Shown here: positions 29,919 to 39,080 of the stretch, one piece after another
How the letters are laid out: each line of letters starts with the position of its first letter
Numbering within the stretch: the first letter of the stretch is position 1
Assembly (NCBI GenBank): GCA_965222075.1
Contig: OZ244937.1
Location: 96,001-160,000, forward strand
Origin: Candidatus Latescibacterota bacterium
GTDB lineage: Bacteria > Latescibacterota > UBA2968 > GCA-2709665
Direction: 5' to 3'
Length of the DNA stretch: 64,000 nt
The notes under the pieces: model-generated
What the model was told of the DNA's origin: nothing
What the model saw: only the letters and a program-made list of their open reading frames with translations
Databases searched by the model: none
Position numbers and translations under genes: made by a program

Positions 29919-31625
29919 ATGCGCATCGCGATTCTGTCCGGTTCGTCGCCCGATCTGTCGGCTTATGTGGCTGAGATATTGAAGACCTGGGGCCTTGTTC
30001 TGTTCGAGGCCGTGGAACCGGCGGTTATTGCCAGGCTGGATCCTTCGGATGTGCCGGTGGTGGTCTATCCCGTGTCGGAGGGGGTGGGCGAAGACGCGCT
30101 GATTGGGTACGCGCGCCGGGGGGGAACGGTGGTGTGCTTCCTGCCCGGGGGGGGGCTTGCGCGCGCTGCGGGGCTTGCGCGCGAGGGCGAAAAAGAGGCG
30201 CGGCTGCGGCTGCGGGTGACGGAAGCGCCGGCCGCGGGACTGGCGGGCGAGCTGCTTCCGATCGTGGGCCGCACAGGGGTGTACCGGCCCGGGACCGATG
30301 TCCGGGTTCTGGCCTATCTCTGCCATCCAGGGCGTTATGAAGGAGAGGATGTGGGCATTACGGTGGCGCCTGTGGGCAGGGGGAGGATCGTGGCGTTTGC
30401 GTTCGATCTGGCGCTGTGCGTACTCCTCCTGCGGCAGGGCGATCCGGGCCGCGCGGAGGTTATTCCGCCCGGGGATGGGTGCGCCCGGGCCTCCCACATG
30501 GCCGCGGACATCGGTCCGGGGGATTGTGGATGGGCGCCCTTTGCGGATCTGCTGTCCCGGCTGTTCGTGGATGTGCTGCGGAAGCGCCTGCCCGGGCCGG
30601 CTCCGCTGATTTCTCATCTTCCCGGAACAGCGCCGGGGATGCTGCTGTACTCGGGGGATGAGGATTACGCCGATGTGGCTTCGACCGATGACGAGCTGGA
30701 TTATGTGAGGGCCGCGGGAGGACGTATGAGCCTCTACATTATCCCGAACCACACCCGCTCGACCCGGGCCGACGTGCAGCGCTACACCGCCCACCACGAT
30801 GTGGGACCGCATCCCAATTTGCGGCCTTTGGACGGGCGCCCCGTGGCCGAGCGCCTGTTAGCGTTTGAGCGCCAGGTGCGGATGTTTGAGGAGATGTTCG
30901 GGACGCCGGCACGGTCCGTGCGCAATCACTGCCTGGCGTGGGCGGGCTATATGGATCTGGCTGAAGTCCAGGAGCGGCTGGGGGTGCGGATGGATGCCAA
31001 TTATTGCTGTTCCGCTTATATGCGCAACCGGGATTTTGCGCCTTACACGTCGTTCGGCGCGGCGATGCCGATGCGCTTCTGCCGGCCCGACGGCCGCCCG
31101 ATCGAGGTGTTCCAGCAGCATACGCACCTTTCGGATGATGGCTGGTTCGGTCCTGAGGAATACTCCTACAAGATTTCGGCGCAGCAGTTCGAGGTGATCC
31201 TGAGCCGCATCTTTGCGGATATTCAGACGCGCTTCCACACGCCCTACGGCGTTATTATCCACCCGGGGAACTGGGCGAAGTTCTCCCGGGGCCAGGGGGA
31301 GGCGCTGCTGCGGCAGGCAGCGGAGCGGGACATGCCGGTGTGGTCTTATGATCGGTGGTCGGCGTTCTGGGAGGCGCGGGATACGTGGCGTTTCCACGGG
31401 GTGCGCTGGGACGGGCGTGAGTTGCGGTTTGCCGCAGAAGGGGAGAGGTCGTGCGAGGGCCTCTGTTTTGCGCTTCCGGAGACGTATGCGGGCGCTTCTC
31501 TTGCGGATGTACGGCTGGACGGAGAGGGACAGGGCTGGCAGCGGGTGGTCCGCTACGGTGAAACGCTCGGGCTGGTGTCCGTTTCTGCGGGAAGATCTGT
31601 TGAAGTCAGCGCAAGCTACGCGTGA
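29919..31625 (+). CDS. Hypothetical protein with polysaccharide-deacetylase (CE4/NodB-like) domain
   Basis: GDED, H.VGPH, R.HCL.W, D.NY, IIHP pattern; N-terminal alpha/beta domain. Confidence 0.55.
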   Translation: MRIAILSGSSPDLSAYVAEILKTWGLVLFEAVEPAVIARLDPSDVPVVVYPVSEGVGEDALIGYARRGGTVVCFLPGGGLARAAGLAREGEKEARLRLRVTEAPAAGLAGELLPIVGRTGVYRPGTDVRVLAYLCHPGRYEGEDVGITVAPVGRGRIVAFAFDLALCVLLLRQGDPGRAEVIPPGDGCARASHMAADIGPGDCGWAPFADLLSRLFVDVLRKRLPGPAPLISHLPGTAPGMLLYSGDEDYADVASTDDELDYVRAAGGRMSLYIIPNHTRSTRADVQRYTAHHDVGPHPNLRPLDGRPVAERLLAFERQVRMFEEMFGTPARSVRNHCLAWAGYMDLAEVQERLGVRMDANYCCSAYMRNRDFAPYTSFGAAMPMRFCRPDGRPIEVFQQHTHLSDDGWFGPEEYSYKISAQQFEVILSRIFADIQTRFHTPYGVIIHPGNWAKFSRGQGEALLRQAAERDMPVWSYDRWSAFWEARDTWRFHGVRWDGRELRFAAEGERSCEGLCFALPETYAGASLADVRLDGEGQGWQRVVRYGETLGLVSVSAGRSVEVSASYA

Positions 31626-31636
31626 TAGGAGGGGAT

Positions 31637-33208
31637 ATGAAGCTGCTGGATATTAACGTGATGCTGGGACCGACGCAGGACGACGCCGAACCGAGTTTTC
31701 AGACTACGGATGCGCTGTTGGAGGAAATGGACCGGCTGGACATTGCCGAGGCGCTGGTTTACTCCAGCCACGCCCGGTACGGACATCCCCGGGAGGGGAA
31801 CTGGCGGCTGTTTGAACAGCTTGAGGGACACCGCGACCGGCTGCACCCCTGCTGGTTGCTGCTGCCGCCGGGCACTGCGGAGCTGCCCGCTCCCGCCGAG
31901 GTGGTGCGCCAGATGCAGGAGAACGGGGTCCGAGCAGCCCGGCTCCTGCCCGGCCAGCACCTGTTCCCGGTGAGCCGCCGCATCCTGGGATGCCTGCTGG
32001 AGGCGCTGGAGGAAGAGGCGATCCCCCTGATTCTGGATCTGGAACGGCACCACTGGTCCGACATGTCTCCCTGGGACGCTATTTTCGATCTGTGCGAGGC
32101 GTACCCGCGCCTGCCGGTGATCCTGCTGCGGGAGGGGGGGGATGCGCCCCGGGTGATGTACCATTTGTGGGATGAATTTCCGAATCTCTACCTGGAAACT
32201 TCGTATATTCAGAGCGCAAACTGCCTCGAGGAGGTCTGCGAGCGCTTCGGGAGCGGGCGGGTGCTGTTTGGAGGCGGCATGCCGATGTACGATGCGGGCG
32301 GCGCGATTGCCACGGTCAGGGGCAGCAGGCTGACCGGCCAGCAGCGGGCCGAGATCGCAGGGAACAACGCCCGCAGGCTGCTGGGCCTGGAGGCCGGCCC
32401 GGAGACGATGGACCGCGACTGGCCGGTTGCGGCAGGCGGCATGCGGGTGTGGGACATCCACGGCCATCTGGGGCCGTGGTACAAGGTCCCTTACCCTGTT
32501 TACGATGCGGCGGACACGGTCCGGCGTATGGATGAGGTGGGTGTGGAACGCTTTGTGATCAGCGATATTCGGGCGATTGAAAACGACCCGGATTCGGGGA
32601 ACGCCAGGGCGATTGCGGCCGCTGCGGAATTTCCCGGCCGCCTCTACGTCTACGCCGGGTATTCGCCCAGCAAGTATGCGAAAAACATCGGGGCGTTCGA
32701 GCGGTTTCTGGACCAGCCAGGGGTTGTGGGCATCAAGTTCCACTGCCAGCTGCACAATACGCCGCCCGAGTCGCCGAAATACCGGCCTGCTTTCGAGGCG
32801 GCCAACGAGCGGCGCCTGCCGATTCTGACCCACGGCGTGCTGTCCCTGGACCTGCTTCGCTCCCTGCTGGCGGAGATGCCCAATCTGATTTATATTGCGG
32901 CCCATTTTGCCGCGAGTCCACCCGAGGCGCACGAACCCTATCTGGCGATTGCCCGCGAGTTTTCCAATTTCTACTACGATACCACCGGCTCGACCGTGCT
33001 GCGGGGGGGCTTTGCCCGGCTGGTGGAACAGATGCCTGCCGAGCAGATTTTATACGGATCGGATTTTCCCATTATGGATTTTCCCTACCAGCTCGGGCGC
33101 GTGCTGTATGCAGATATCAGCGATGAGCTCAAGCGCAAGATTCTCTGGGAGAACCCGGCGCGGATATACCACAAGGCCGGGGGTGCGGAGAAAGGAGGAA
33201 GTGTATGA
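31637..33208 (+). CDS. Tandem two-domain amidohydrolase (Amidohydro_2-like)
   Basis: Two similar TIM-barrel halves; the second has DIHGH, GIKFH, H, AH, YGSDFP; ATG after GGAGGGG. Confidence 0.82.
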   Translation: MKLLDINVMLGPTQDDAEPSFQTTDALLEEMDRLDIAEALVYSSHARYGHPREGNWRLFEQLEGHRDRLHPCWLLLPPGTAELPAPAEVVRQMQENGVRAARLLPGQHLFPVSRRILGCLLEALEEEAIPLILDLERHHWSDMSPWDAIFDLCEAYPRLPVILLREGGDAPRVMYHLWDEFPNLYLETSYIQSANCLEEVCERFGSGRVLFGGGMPMYDAGGAIATVRGSRLTGQQRAEIAGNNARRLLGLEAGPETMDRDWPVAAGGMRVWDIHGHLGPWYKVPYPVYDAADTVRRMDEVGVERFVISDIRAIENDPDSGNARAIAAAAEFPGRLYVYAGYSPSKYAKNIGAFERFLDQPGVVGIKFHCQLHNTPPESPKYRPAFEAANERRLPILTHGVLSLDLLRSLLAEMPNLIYIAAHFAASPPEAHEPYLAIAREFSNFYYDTTGSTVLRGGFARLVEQMPAEQILYGSDFPIMDFPYQLGRVLYADISDELKRKILWENPARIYHKAGGAEKGGSV

Positions 33209-34479
33209 AGCCGGAACGGGTTGAGGTGACGTACGGACCGCCTGCAAAGGCGCGTTTTGAGGTGGAGATGATTACGGATACGGCGGGCTACCAACAGACC
33301 GGGGGCAGCGGGGCGAGTTGCTGGGGGTATAACCAGTCCAATATTGTTCGTCAGGGGGAGGAGGTCTACGCTCTGAGCTGGCGGGACGATCTGACGCTGG
33401 TGGTGTTCCGGCGCACGGGCGCCGGGCAGTGGGAGGCCAGCGATCCCCTGCCGCCGGTGCCGCAGAACGGCAACCTGCTGGTGGACAGCTCGGGCCGGTT
33501 GCGCGTGATTGGGGGAAAGCATGGCAGTTACCATGTCATCTTCGATCCGCCGGGACAGGTGGAGAGGTTCACCATTCAGGAGTATGCCACGGCCGAAAGC
33601 CGTTTTGGCGCGTCGATCAACGCGAAGGACCAGATTTTTGTGGCCGGCGGGCTGGCGACGATGGGCTGGTACGTGCTGGATCCGGAGAACGACTACCGCC
33701 CCATGGCCTGGGGGAGCGTGCAGCACGAGCAGGCCCGGGGATACAACTTCGTGGTGTTCAACGGGTCTGAGGTACAGGCGATTTCCAGCGACGATTATTT
33801 CGTGCAGGGAGAGCAGTACCCCAACCAGACGGTGACTCACCGGGACGCGGAGACGGGCGAGATGAAGACGGTTGAGACGCCCCGGGGCATTTACCCGGTC
33901 CTGAGAGCCTACTATTATTATTGTCCGGATGTGTTTCAATCTCCTGAAGACTGGCGGATGACGGTGATCAGCGATGTGTCCGACACATTCGACGGCACCG
34001 CGCGGGGCACGACCGATCACCAGGATCTCATGCTGGATATGGAGGGGCGGGTACACCTGACGTATTATGAGAACCGGCAGCCTGTGACGACGGTTTGGGC
34101 CGGGATGGGCCAGGATTCGGGGAATAGCCTGCTTTATCACGCGGTGGGCGACCCGGACGGGCCGTTCACACACTTTTGTGTGGGCAATTTCAACAGCGGT
34201 CGGCTCTACCAGGGGCCGGACGGCCGGGTTCACTATTTTCTTACGCGAGGGAAGCGAGGCAACGCGGAGGGGGTCTGGTACGCGGTGGGCGAGGCCGACC
34301 GATGGGACCGGGTGAGCGAACCCGTGCGGCTGGAGATGCCGTCGCGGCTGTGGCACTTTTTCACCAATACCACCCGCGCGGGCGGCACCCGGGCGCCGTT
34401 CGTGGATTGTTACTGGACGGGGGCGTCTCAGCAGAACAGCAATGAGGTGTTTTACGGGCGATTGACGCCGGAGCCGTAG
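33205..34479 (+). CDS. Hypothetical beta-propeller (BNR/sialidase-like) protein
   Basis: Trp/Tyr/Gly-rich beta pattern, repeated D..GR.H motifs, ATGA coupling to the upstream gene. Confidence 0.5.
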   Translation: MKPERVEVTYGPPAKARFEVEMITDTAGYQQTGGSGASCWGYNQSNIVRQGEEVYALSWRDDLTLVVFRRTGAGQWEASDPLPPVPQNGNLLVDSSGRLRVIGGKHGSYHVIFDPPGQVERFTIQEYATAESRFGASINAKDQIFVAGGLATMGWYVLDPENDYRPMAWGSVQHEQARGYNFVVFNGSEVQAISSDDYFVQGEQYPNQTVTHRDAETGEMKTVETPRGIYPVLRAYYYYCPDVFQSPEDWRMTVISDVSDTFDGTARGTTDHQDLMLDMEGRVHLTYYENRQPVTTVWAGMGQDSGNSLLYHAVGDPDGPFTHFCVGNFNSGRLYQGPDGRVHYFLTRGKRGNAEGVWYAVGEADRWDRVSEPVRLEMPSRLWHFFTNTTRAGGTRAPFVDCYWTGASQQNSNEVFYGRLTPEP

Positions 34480-34490
34480 GGCGTTGAACG

Positions 34491-36206
34491 CTAATTTTTG
34501 AGGCGCGAGAGGTCCGCGCGCGCTTTTGCATCCGCCGGATCAAGTTCCAGAATGCGCTCCAGCGCTTGCAGGGCCGAGTCGATTCGCCCTGCGCGTTCGT
34601 AGAGCGCGGCCAGCGAGCGATGGGCGACCACGCTGCCGGGGTCCCGGCGGACGGCCTGCTCGAATGCGGCGATGGCCGCCTGCCACCGCCGTTGGCGCTC
34701 ATGGACCGCGCCAAGGGCCAGGCTGGGTGCTGGGGACGGGGAGAGCCGCACGGCCCGTTTCAACGCCCGTTCGGCAGTTGCCAGATCCCCGATTTCCGCG
34801 GCCGCCATGCCCAGCCCCTCGTATGCGTCAGCGAAGAGGGTGTCCCGCTCGACGGCCCGGACAAAGGAGGCTGCGGCTTCCCGGGCGCGCCCCTGCGTGG
34901 CGTAGGCCCGGCCGAGGCGATAGTGAAGCTCCGGGTTCTCGGGGTGGCGCAACGCCGCCCGCTCCAGGATATCCAGCTTGTGGCCCTCTTTCGAGAGTCG
35001 CTCGAATATTTCCATCTCCCTTTGCCCCTCTTCCTGCCTCCCCTGCAGCAGGCAGGTCCGGCCCAGGCCGTAGTGGGCTTTGGCGTGATCCGCATTGAGC
35101 GCGATTGTCCGGCGGAAAGCGGCCTCGGCTTCGGACAGATGGCCCAGCCTCAGCAGGACCTCGCCCAGACCGTAGTGGGCGCCGGCGTGTGCCGGTGCGT
35201 ACCGCACGGCCTCCCGGAAGGCGTCCGCGGCTTTTTGGTCCTCCCCCAGGGCGGTATATGCGTCGGCCAGGGCAGAACGGGCATCCGCAAAATCAGGAGC
35301 CAGCCGGATGGCCCGCCGGAACGCCGGGATGGCGTCTTGCACCCGTCCCAGAAGGACGAGCGCCCTGCCCAGCAGGTAGGGGGCGTCCACGTTCGCAGCG
35401 TCGGCCTGTTCAGCCCGCTGGAAGGCGTCTACGGCCCGGGCGTGGTTGTTCCGCACGGCCTCCACATCTCCCAGGCCCTGCCATCCGCTTGAAGAGGCGG
35501 GGTTGAGGGCCACAATGTGGTTGTAAGCATCCAGCGCCCGGCGCAGGTGGTGTTGCCGCTTGTAGTAAGCGGCCAACTCCAGCCAGGCCGGCAGGAAGGT
35601 GGCGTCCAGCGCTACGGCCCGTTGCAAGGCCGCTTCGCCGTCTTTCCGGTTGCCCCTTTTCAGTTCTACAGCGCCGAGCCTGTAGCGAAGCTCCGCGCTG
35701 TTGGGGGCCAGTTTCACGGCCCGTTGGAACGCAGCGGCGGCCGCTGCCAGGTCGTTTTGGGCCACGGCGAGGATGCCGAGCGCCCGGTGCGCGTCCGGCA
35801 TGTGCGGGGCCAGGTCTACGGCGCGCCGATACGCCTCTTGGGCCTCCTGCAGGCGCCCCATCCGCTGGTAGACGGCGCCGAGCACAATGTGGGTGTGCCG
35901 ATAGTCGGGCTCCAGCCTGGCCGCACGGTTGAGCATGCGCACCGCACCTTCCAGCCGGCCCATCTGGGCACTGAGGATGCCGAAGTTGTGCCATACCTCC
36001 GCAGATGTCGGGGCCAGTTCCGCGGCGCGGGCCATTGCCTCGGAGGCCTCCCGCAGCCGGCCCGCTTGGGCATGGGCGATGCCGGCCTCCAGAGCCGCCT
36101 GCGCAGAGGCGGACAGCCCGGGTTTTGCGCCGGCGGTGAGGATGGGGGAAGGGACAATACAGCATACCGCGAGGAAAAGGACCACCTGTCGGGTCACGCT
36201 ATCCAT
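34491..36206 (-). CDS. Secreted tetratricopeptide repeat protein
   Basis: About 14 TPR units (A...LG....G...A...F..A..L.P); hydrophobic N-terminus; ATG at 36206 after GAAAGG. Confidence 0.88.
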   Translation of the reverse strand: MDSVTRQVVLFLAVCCIVPSPILTAGAKPGLSASAQAALEAGIAHAQAGRLREASEAMARAAELAPTSAEVWHNFGILSAQMGRLEGAVRMLNRAARLEPDYRHTHIVLGAVYQRMGRLQEAQEAYRRAVDLAPHMPDAHRALGILAVAQNDLAAAAAAFQRAVKLAPNSAELRYRLGAVELKRGNRKDGEAALQRAVALDATFLPAWLELAAYYKRQHHLRRALDAYNHIVALNPASSSGWQGLGDVEAVRNNHARAVDAFQRAEQADAANVDAPYLLGRALVLLGRVQDAIPAFRRAIRLAPDFADARSALADAYTALGEDQKAADAFREAVRYAPAHAGAHYGLGEVLLRLGHLSEAEAAFRRTIALNADHAKAHYGLGRTCLLQGRQEEGQREMEIFERLSKEGHKLDILERAALRHPENPELHYRLGRAYATQGRAREAAASFVRAVERDTLFADAYEGLGMAAAEIGDLATAERALKRAVRLSPSPAPSLALGAVHERQRRWQAAIAAFEQAVRRDPGSVVAHRSLAALYERAGRIDSALQALERILELDPADAKARADLSRLKN

Positions 36207-36324
36207 CCTTTCTTCAGAATTTAGAGATTCGATAGAAAGATACCTGTAGAACACAAGAATAAGCAACCGAAAAACGCCGGATGGGACCCGTGCACCGATT
36301 CTGAAGCGGGGCGGCAAAAAGTGC

Positions 36325-36353
36325 TTGACTTGGCGCTGAGGTTATATTAATTT
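36325..36353 (+). promoter_or_regulatory. Candidate sigma70 promoter of the outer-membrane operon
   Basis: TTGACT-N17-TAATTT in an AT-rich divergent intergenic region; small palindrome TACAA-C-TTGTA downstream at 36455-36465. Confidence 0.5.
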
Positions 36354-36498
36354 TAGTTGATCGTTTGGAAGATTCGAGCGATAAGTGAATAAGCCATTCA
36401 GTAACAATATGTTGAACAGTTTTTCTACGTATGGTTTCAAGTCAATCAAGGAGTTACAACTTGTATTTGGCCGAAGCTGGGAAAGGAGGTCTGTTGTT

Positions 36499-37247
36499 AT
36501 GAAAGGGACTGGCATACCGATTTCGGGATTCAGATCAGATGGATTTTGGGAGTGGTTCTTCTCTTTGGTGTGGGTTTTGCCCCCACCCCAAGGGTAGAGG
36601 CGCAGGAGCTGCGCTACGGACTTGGTCTATACGGGTCCATGCTGCAGCCGATGGGGCCGTTCAAGGGCTGGTATAACATCTCTCCGGCGTTCATCGCGCA
36701 GCTTACCTATGTGGTGTCTCCCAGGACGATGACGGAGGTGGAAGTTCACTACACGACGCTGTCCGATGCGGGGCTGGACGGCCGGGAATTCGTCTGGCAC
36801 AACGGGCTGGGCGCGGCCAACGGGTCCAAGGTGAAAAGCCCCAGTGCCAAGGCCGATATGTGGATCGCCAGCCTGGTGGTGAACGGGCTGCGCACCTTTA
36901 AGCCGGACGAGGCGGGCCAGACCGTCCCCTACATTGTGGCCGGTATCGGCTTTTACAAGTTCAACCACGAGGTGACAGGGCTGATTTGGCCGGGGCAGGT
37001 GGGCAATCAGATCAAGGCCGATGCGCAGAGCATGCTGGAGCCGACCAGGGATACGGATGCAGCGCTGTCCATCAATACCGGGCTGGGTTTCTACCATCGC
37101 ACGTCGGAGCGGTTCCTGGTCGATTTCCGGGTCCGTTGGAATGTGTCGATGGGCGAACTGAGGCCGTATGAGGACTGGGGCCTGAAGAAGACGTTTCCGA
37201 TTCAGAGCCTCAACCTGATGATCGGATTAAAGTACTTCCTGAGTTAA
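36499..37247 (+). pseudogene. Outer-membrane beta-barrel protein, frameshifted in its signal peptide
   Basis: AGGAGG RBS + ATG 36499 is out of frame with the 36546..37247 ORF because of CAGATCAGAT; alternating beta strands, PY..AG.G, terminal GLKYF. Confidence 0.7.
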
Positions 37248-37955
37248 ATGAACACACGGTTTGGAACGGTTCTCTTTCTTATCCCCTTTATGGTCGGCTG
37301 GGGCGATTGGGGGGCCGAGGCCCGGCCGAAACGGGTTTTTCAGATTCCGAACGGTGCTTTGGCCCATTGTCGCACCTGTCATATCGGCCGGGGCACAACC
37401 ACAACGCGGCTCGACATCCCGCTTTCCCAGGAGACGCACGAGGCCGCCAATGACGGGGATGAGATCTGTGCCAGCTGTCACCTGGACACCAGCGGGGGCG
37501 GCCCCCTCAACCTCTTCGGCGTGACGGTTAAAAGCGGGTACCTGACCGAGGCGGGGTATCCGGGCAACGTGATGTGGGGAGTGACGCTGGCCAAAGTGGA
37601 TTCGGATGGAGACGGGTTTACCAACGGGGAGGAACTGGGAGACCTGGAGGGTGTGTGGAAGCCGGGCGACCCGGCACCGGGCCGGGTGCTGTCGTTGAGC
37701 AATCCGGGCGTTCGCAGTAGCGTGCCGGTGCAGTCGGCTTCGGACAGTACGGAAATCGACCCGGAGGCGCGCATGCGGTCGGACTTTAACGGAGACGGGA
37801 AGGTAAATTTCGCCGATTTTGTCCGGTTCGCGGTGGCCTTTGGAAAAACCCGGGAGGATCCGGGGTTTGACCCGCTGTTTGACCTGACCGGAGACGGGAG
37901 GGTGGGCTTGGGCGACTTTGTGGGGTTTGCACAGGATTTCGGTAAGGGGGGATGA
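37248..37955 (+). CDS. Secreted temptin-like protein with two CXXCH motifs and C-terminal dockerin/EF-hand-like domain
   Basis: Signal peptide; IPNG, CRTCH, CASCH, GGGPLN.FG, DSDGDGFTNGEELGD; SDFNGDGKVNFADF...DLTGDGRVGLGDF. Confidence 0.72.
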   Translation: MNTRFGTVLFLIPFMVGWGDWGAEARPKRVFQIPNGALAHCRTCHIGRGTTTTRLDIPLSQETHEAANDGDEICASCHLDTSGGGPLNLFGVTVKSGYLTEAGYPGNVMWGVTLAKVDSDGDGFTNGEELGDLEGVWKPGDPAPGRVLSLSNPGVRSSVPVQSASDSTEIDPEARMRSDFNGDGKVNFADFVRFAVAFGKTREDPGFDPLFDLTGDGRVGLGDFVGFAQDFGKGG

Positions 37956-37973
37956 GCCGCGGGGAATGCCAGA

Positions 37974-38198
37974 TCGCGCTGCTCCTTGTGCATGTTGAAG
38001 AAGAAAGAGGGTAAAAAGGCAAAACGCGGGAGGTGTGATATGAAACGGGTATTGATGTTGTCCGCTGTTGTCGAATGAGCAGATTTACAAAAGCCCGGCA
38101 GACGGGATAAGACTGCTCCTGGGATGGGCAGTTTCACCCACGGGTGAACGTCGCGCTGCTCCTTGTGCATGTTGAAGAAGAAAGAGGGTAAAAAGGCA
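37974..38198. repeat. Exact 48-bp direct repeat (37974-38021 and 38151-38198)
   Basis: TCGCGCTGCTCCTTGTGCATGTTGAAGAAGAAAGAGGGTAAAAAGGCA occurs twice, with starts 177 bp apart. Confidence 0.95.
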
Positions 38199-38957
38199 CT
38201 GCTGGTTTTCCCGGTCCAGGGAGCGGCCGTAACCCATCACGAGGTCCTGGTCAACGCCTCTGGCGACCTCCTGTTGTCCGGACAGGAGGTTTCAGTAGAT
38301 GTGAAGATGACCAACCGGAAGATGCTGCATGGGTACGGCTTCGTGCTGAACTACAATCCGGATCGGTTTGAATTTGTGCGGGTTGTGCCGGCCGAGTTTA
38401 CGGCGGAGCTGCTGCGGTCGGGCGGTGGCGAGCCGCCGGAGTTCACCGCTCAGGTGGCCCGGCCCGGCCGGCTGCTGCTGGCGAACGCCTCGGGGATTTG
38501 CGACGCCGGTGTGTTTGAGGGCACGGGGGTTTACAACGGTACGGTGACCACCGTGGTCTTCAAGGTGCTCCAGTCGTTTGAGAGCGATGCCCGGATCGAG
38601 ATCGCCGAGGGGGTGCTGCTGGGGCCCGATGTGGCCGAAGGCCCGATGGCGCTTCTGTTGAAGGGTGAGGGCACACCCACGGGGTTCGAGCTTTTCCAGA
38701 ATTTCCCGAATCCGTTCAATCCGGAGACGCAAATCGTGTTCCATCTTCCCCAGGCCGCAGAGATCTCTCTGGTGGTCTACAACGTGCAGGGCCAGCAGGT
38801 CCGCGTGCTGGGCCGGGGCTACTGGGAAGCCGGCGCCTACCAGACGCGTTGGGACGGGCTGGACGCCTCCGGACGGCCGGTGTCAAGCGGTGTGTACTTC
38901 TACCGCCTGACCGCCGACGCGTTTCAGGCGCAGCGCCCGATGTTATTGCTCAAATAA
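38040..38957 (+). pseudogene. Cohesin-like + FlgD/T9SS-type CTD protein, signal peptide interrupted by a 123-bp insertion
   Basis: GGAGGT RBS + MKRVLMLSAVV, then stop; same frame resumes at 38196 with ALLVFPVQGA; L.GYGF.LNYNP.RFEFV cohesin-like motif; QNFPNPFNPET...WDG.D..G..VSSGVYFYRL...MLLLK. Confidence 0.7.
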
Positions 38958-39002
38958 CGCTTCAACCCACTCTGTTTTGTTCGTTTACGAGGAGGACTGC
39001 CT

Positions 39003-39056
39003 ATGGAGGTTATACCGGTAAGAGCCGGGTATAGAGGGTTCCTTATTCACCATTAG
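39003..39056 (+). other. Candidate 17-aa uORF (MEVIPVRAGYRGFLIHH) upstream of the TBDR
   Basis: AGGAGGACTGCCTATG start context. Confidence 0.4.
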
Positions 39057-39080
39057 GGTATTCCATCAAGGAGTTGGCGT

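Noticed and set aside
38073-38195. Insert as a group I or group II intron
   Set aside because: Too short, and no recognisable P7 or domain V motifs or GUGYG start
37974-38198. 48-bp direct repeats as a CRISPR array
   Set aside because: Only two copies, a 129-bp spacer, and no cas genes in the window
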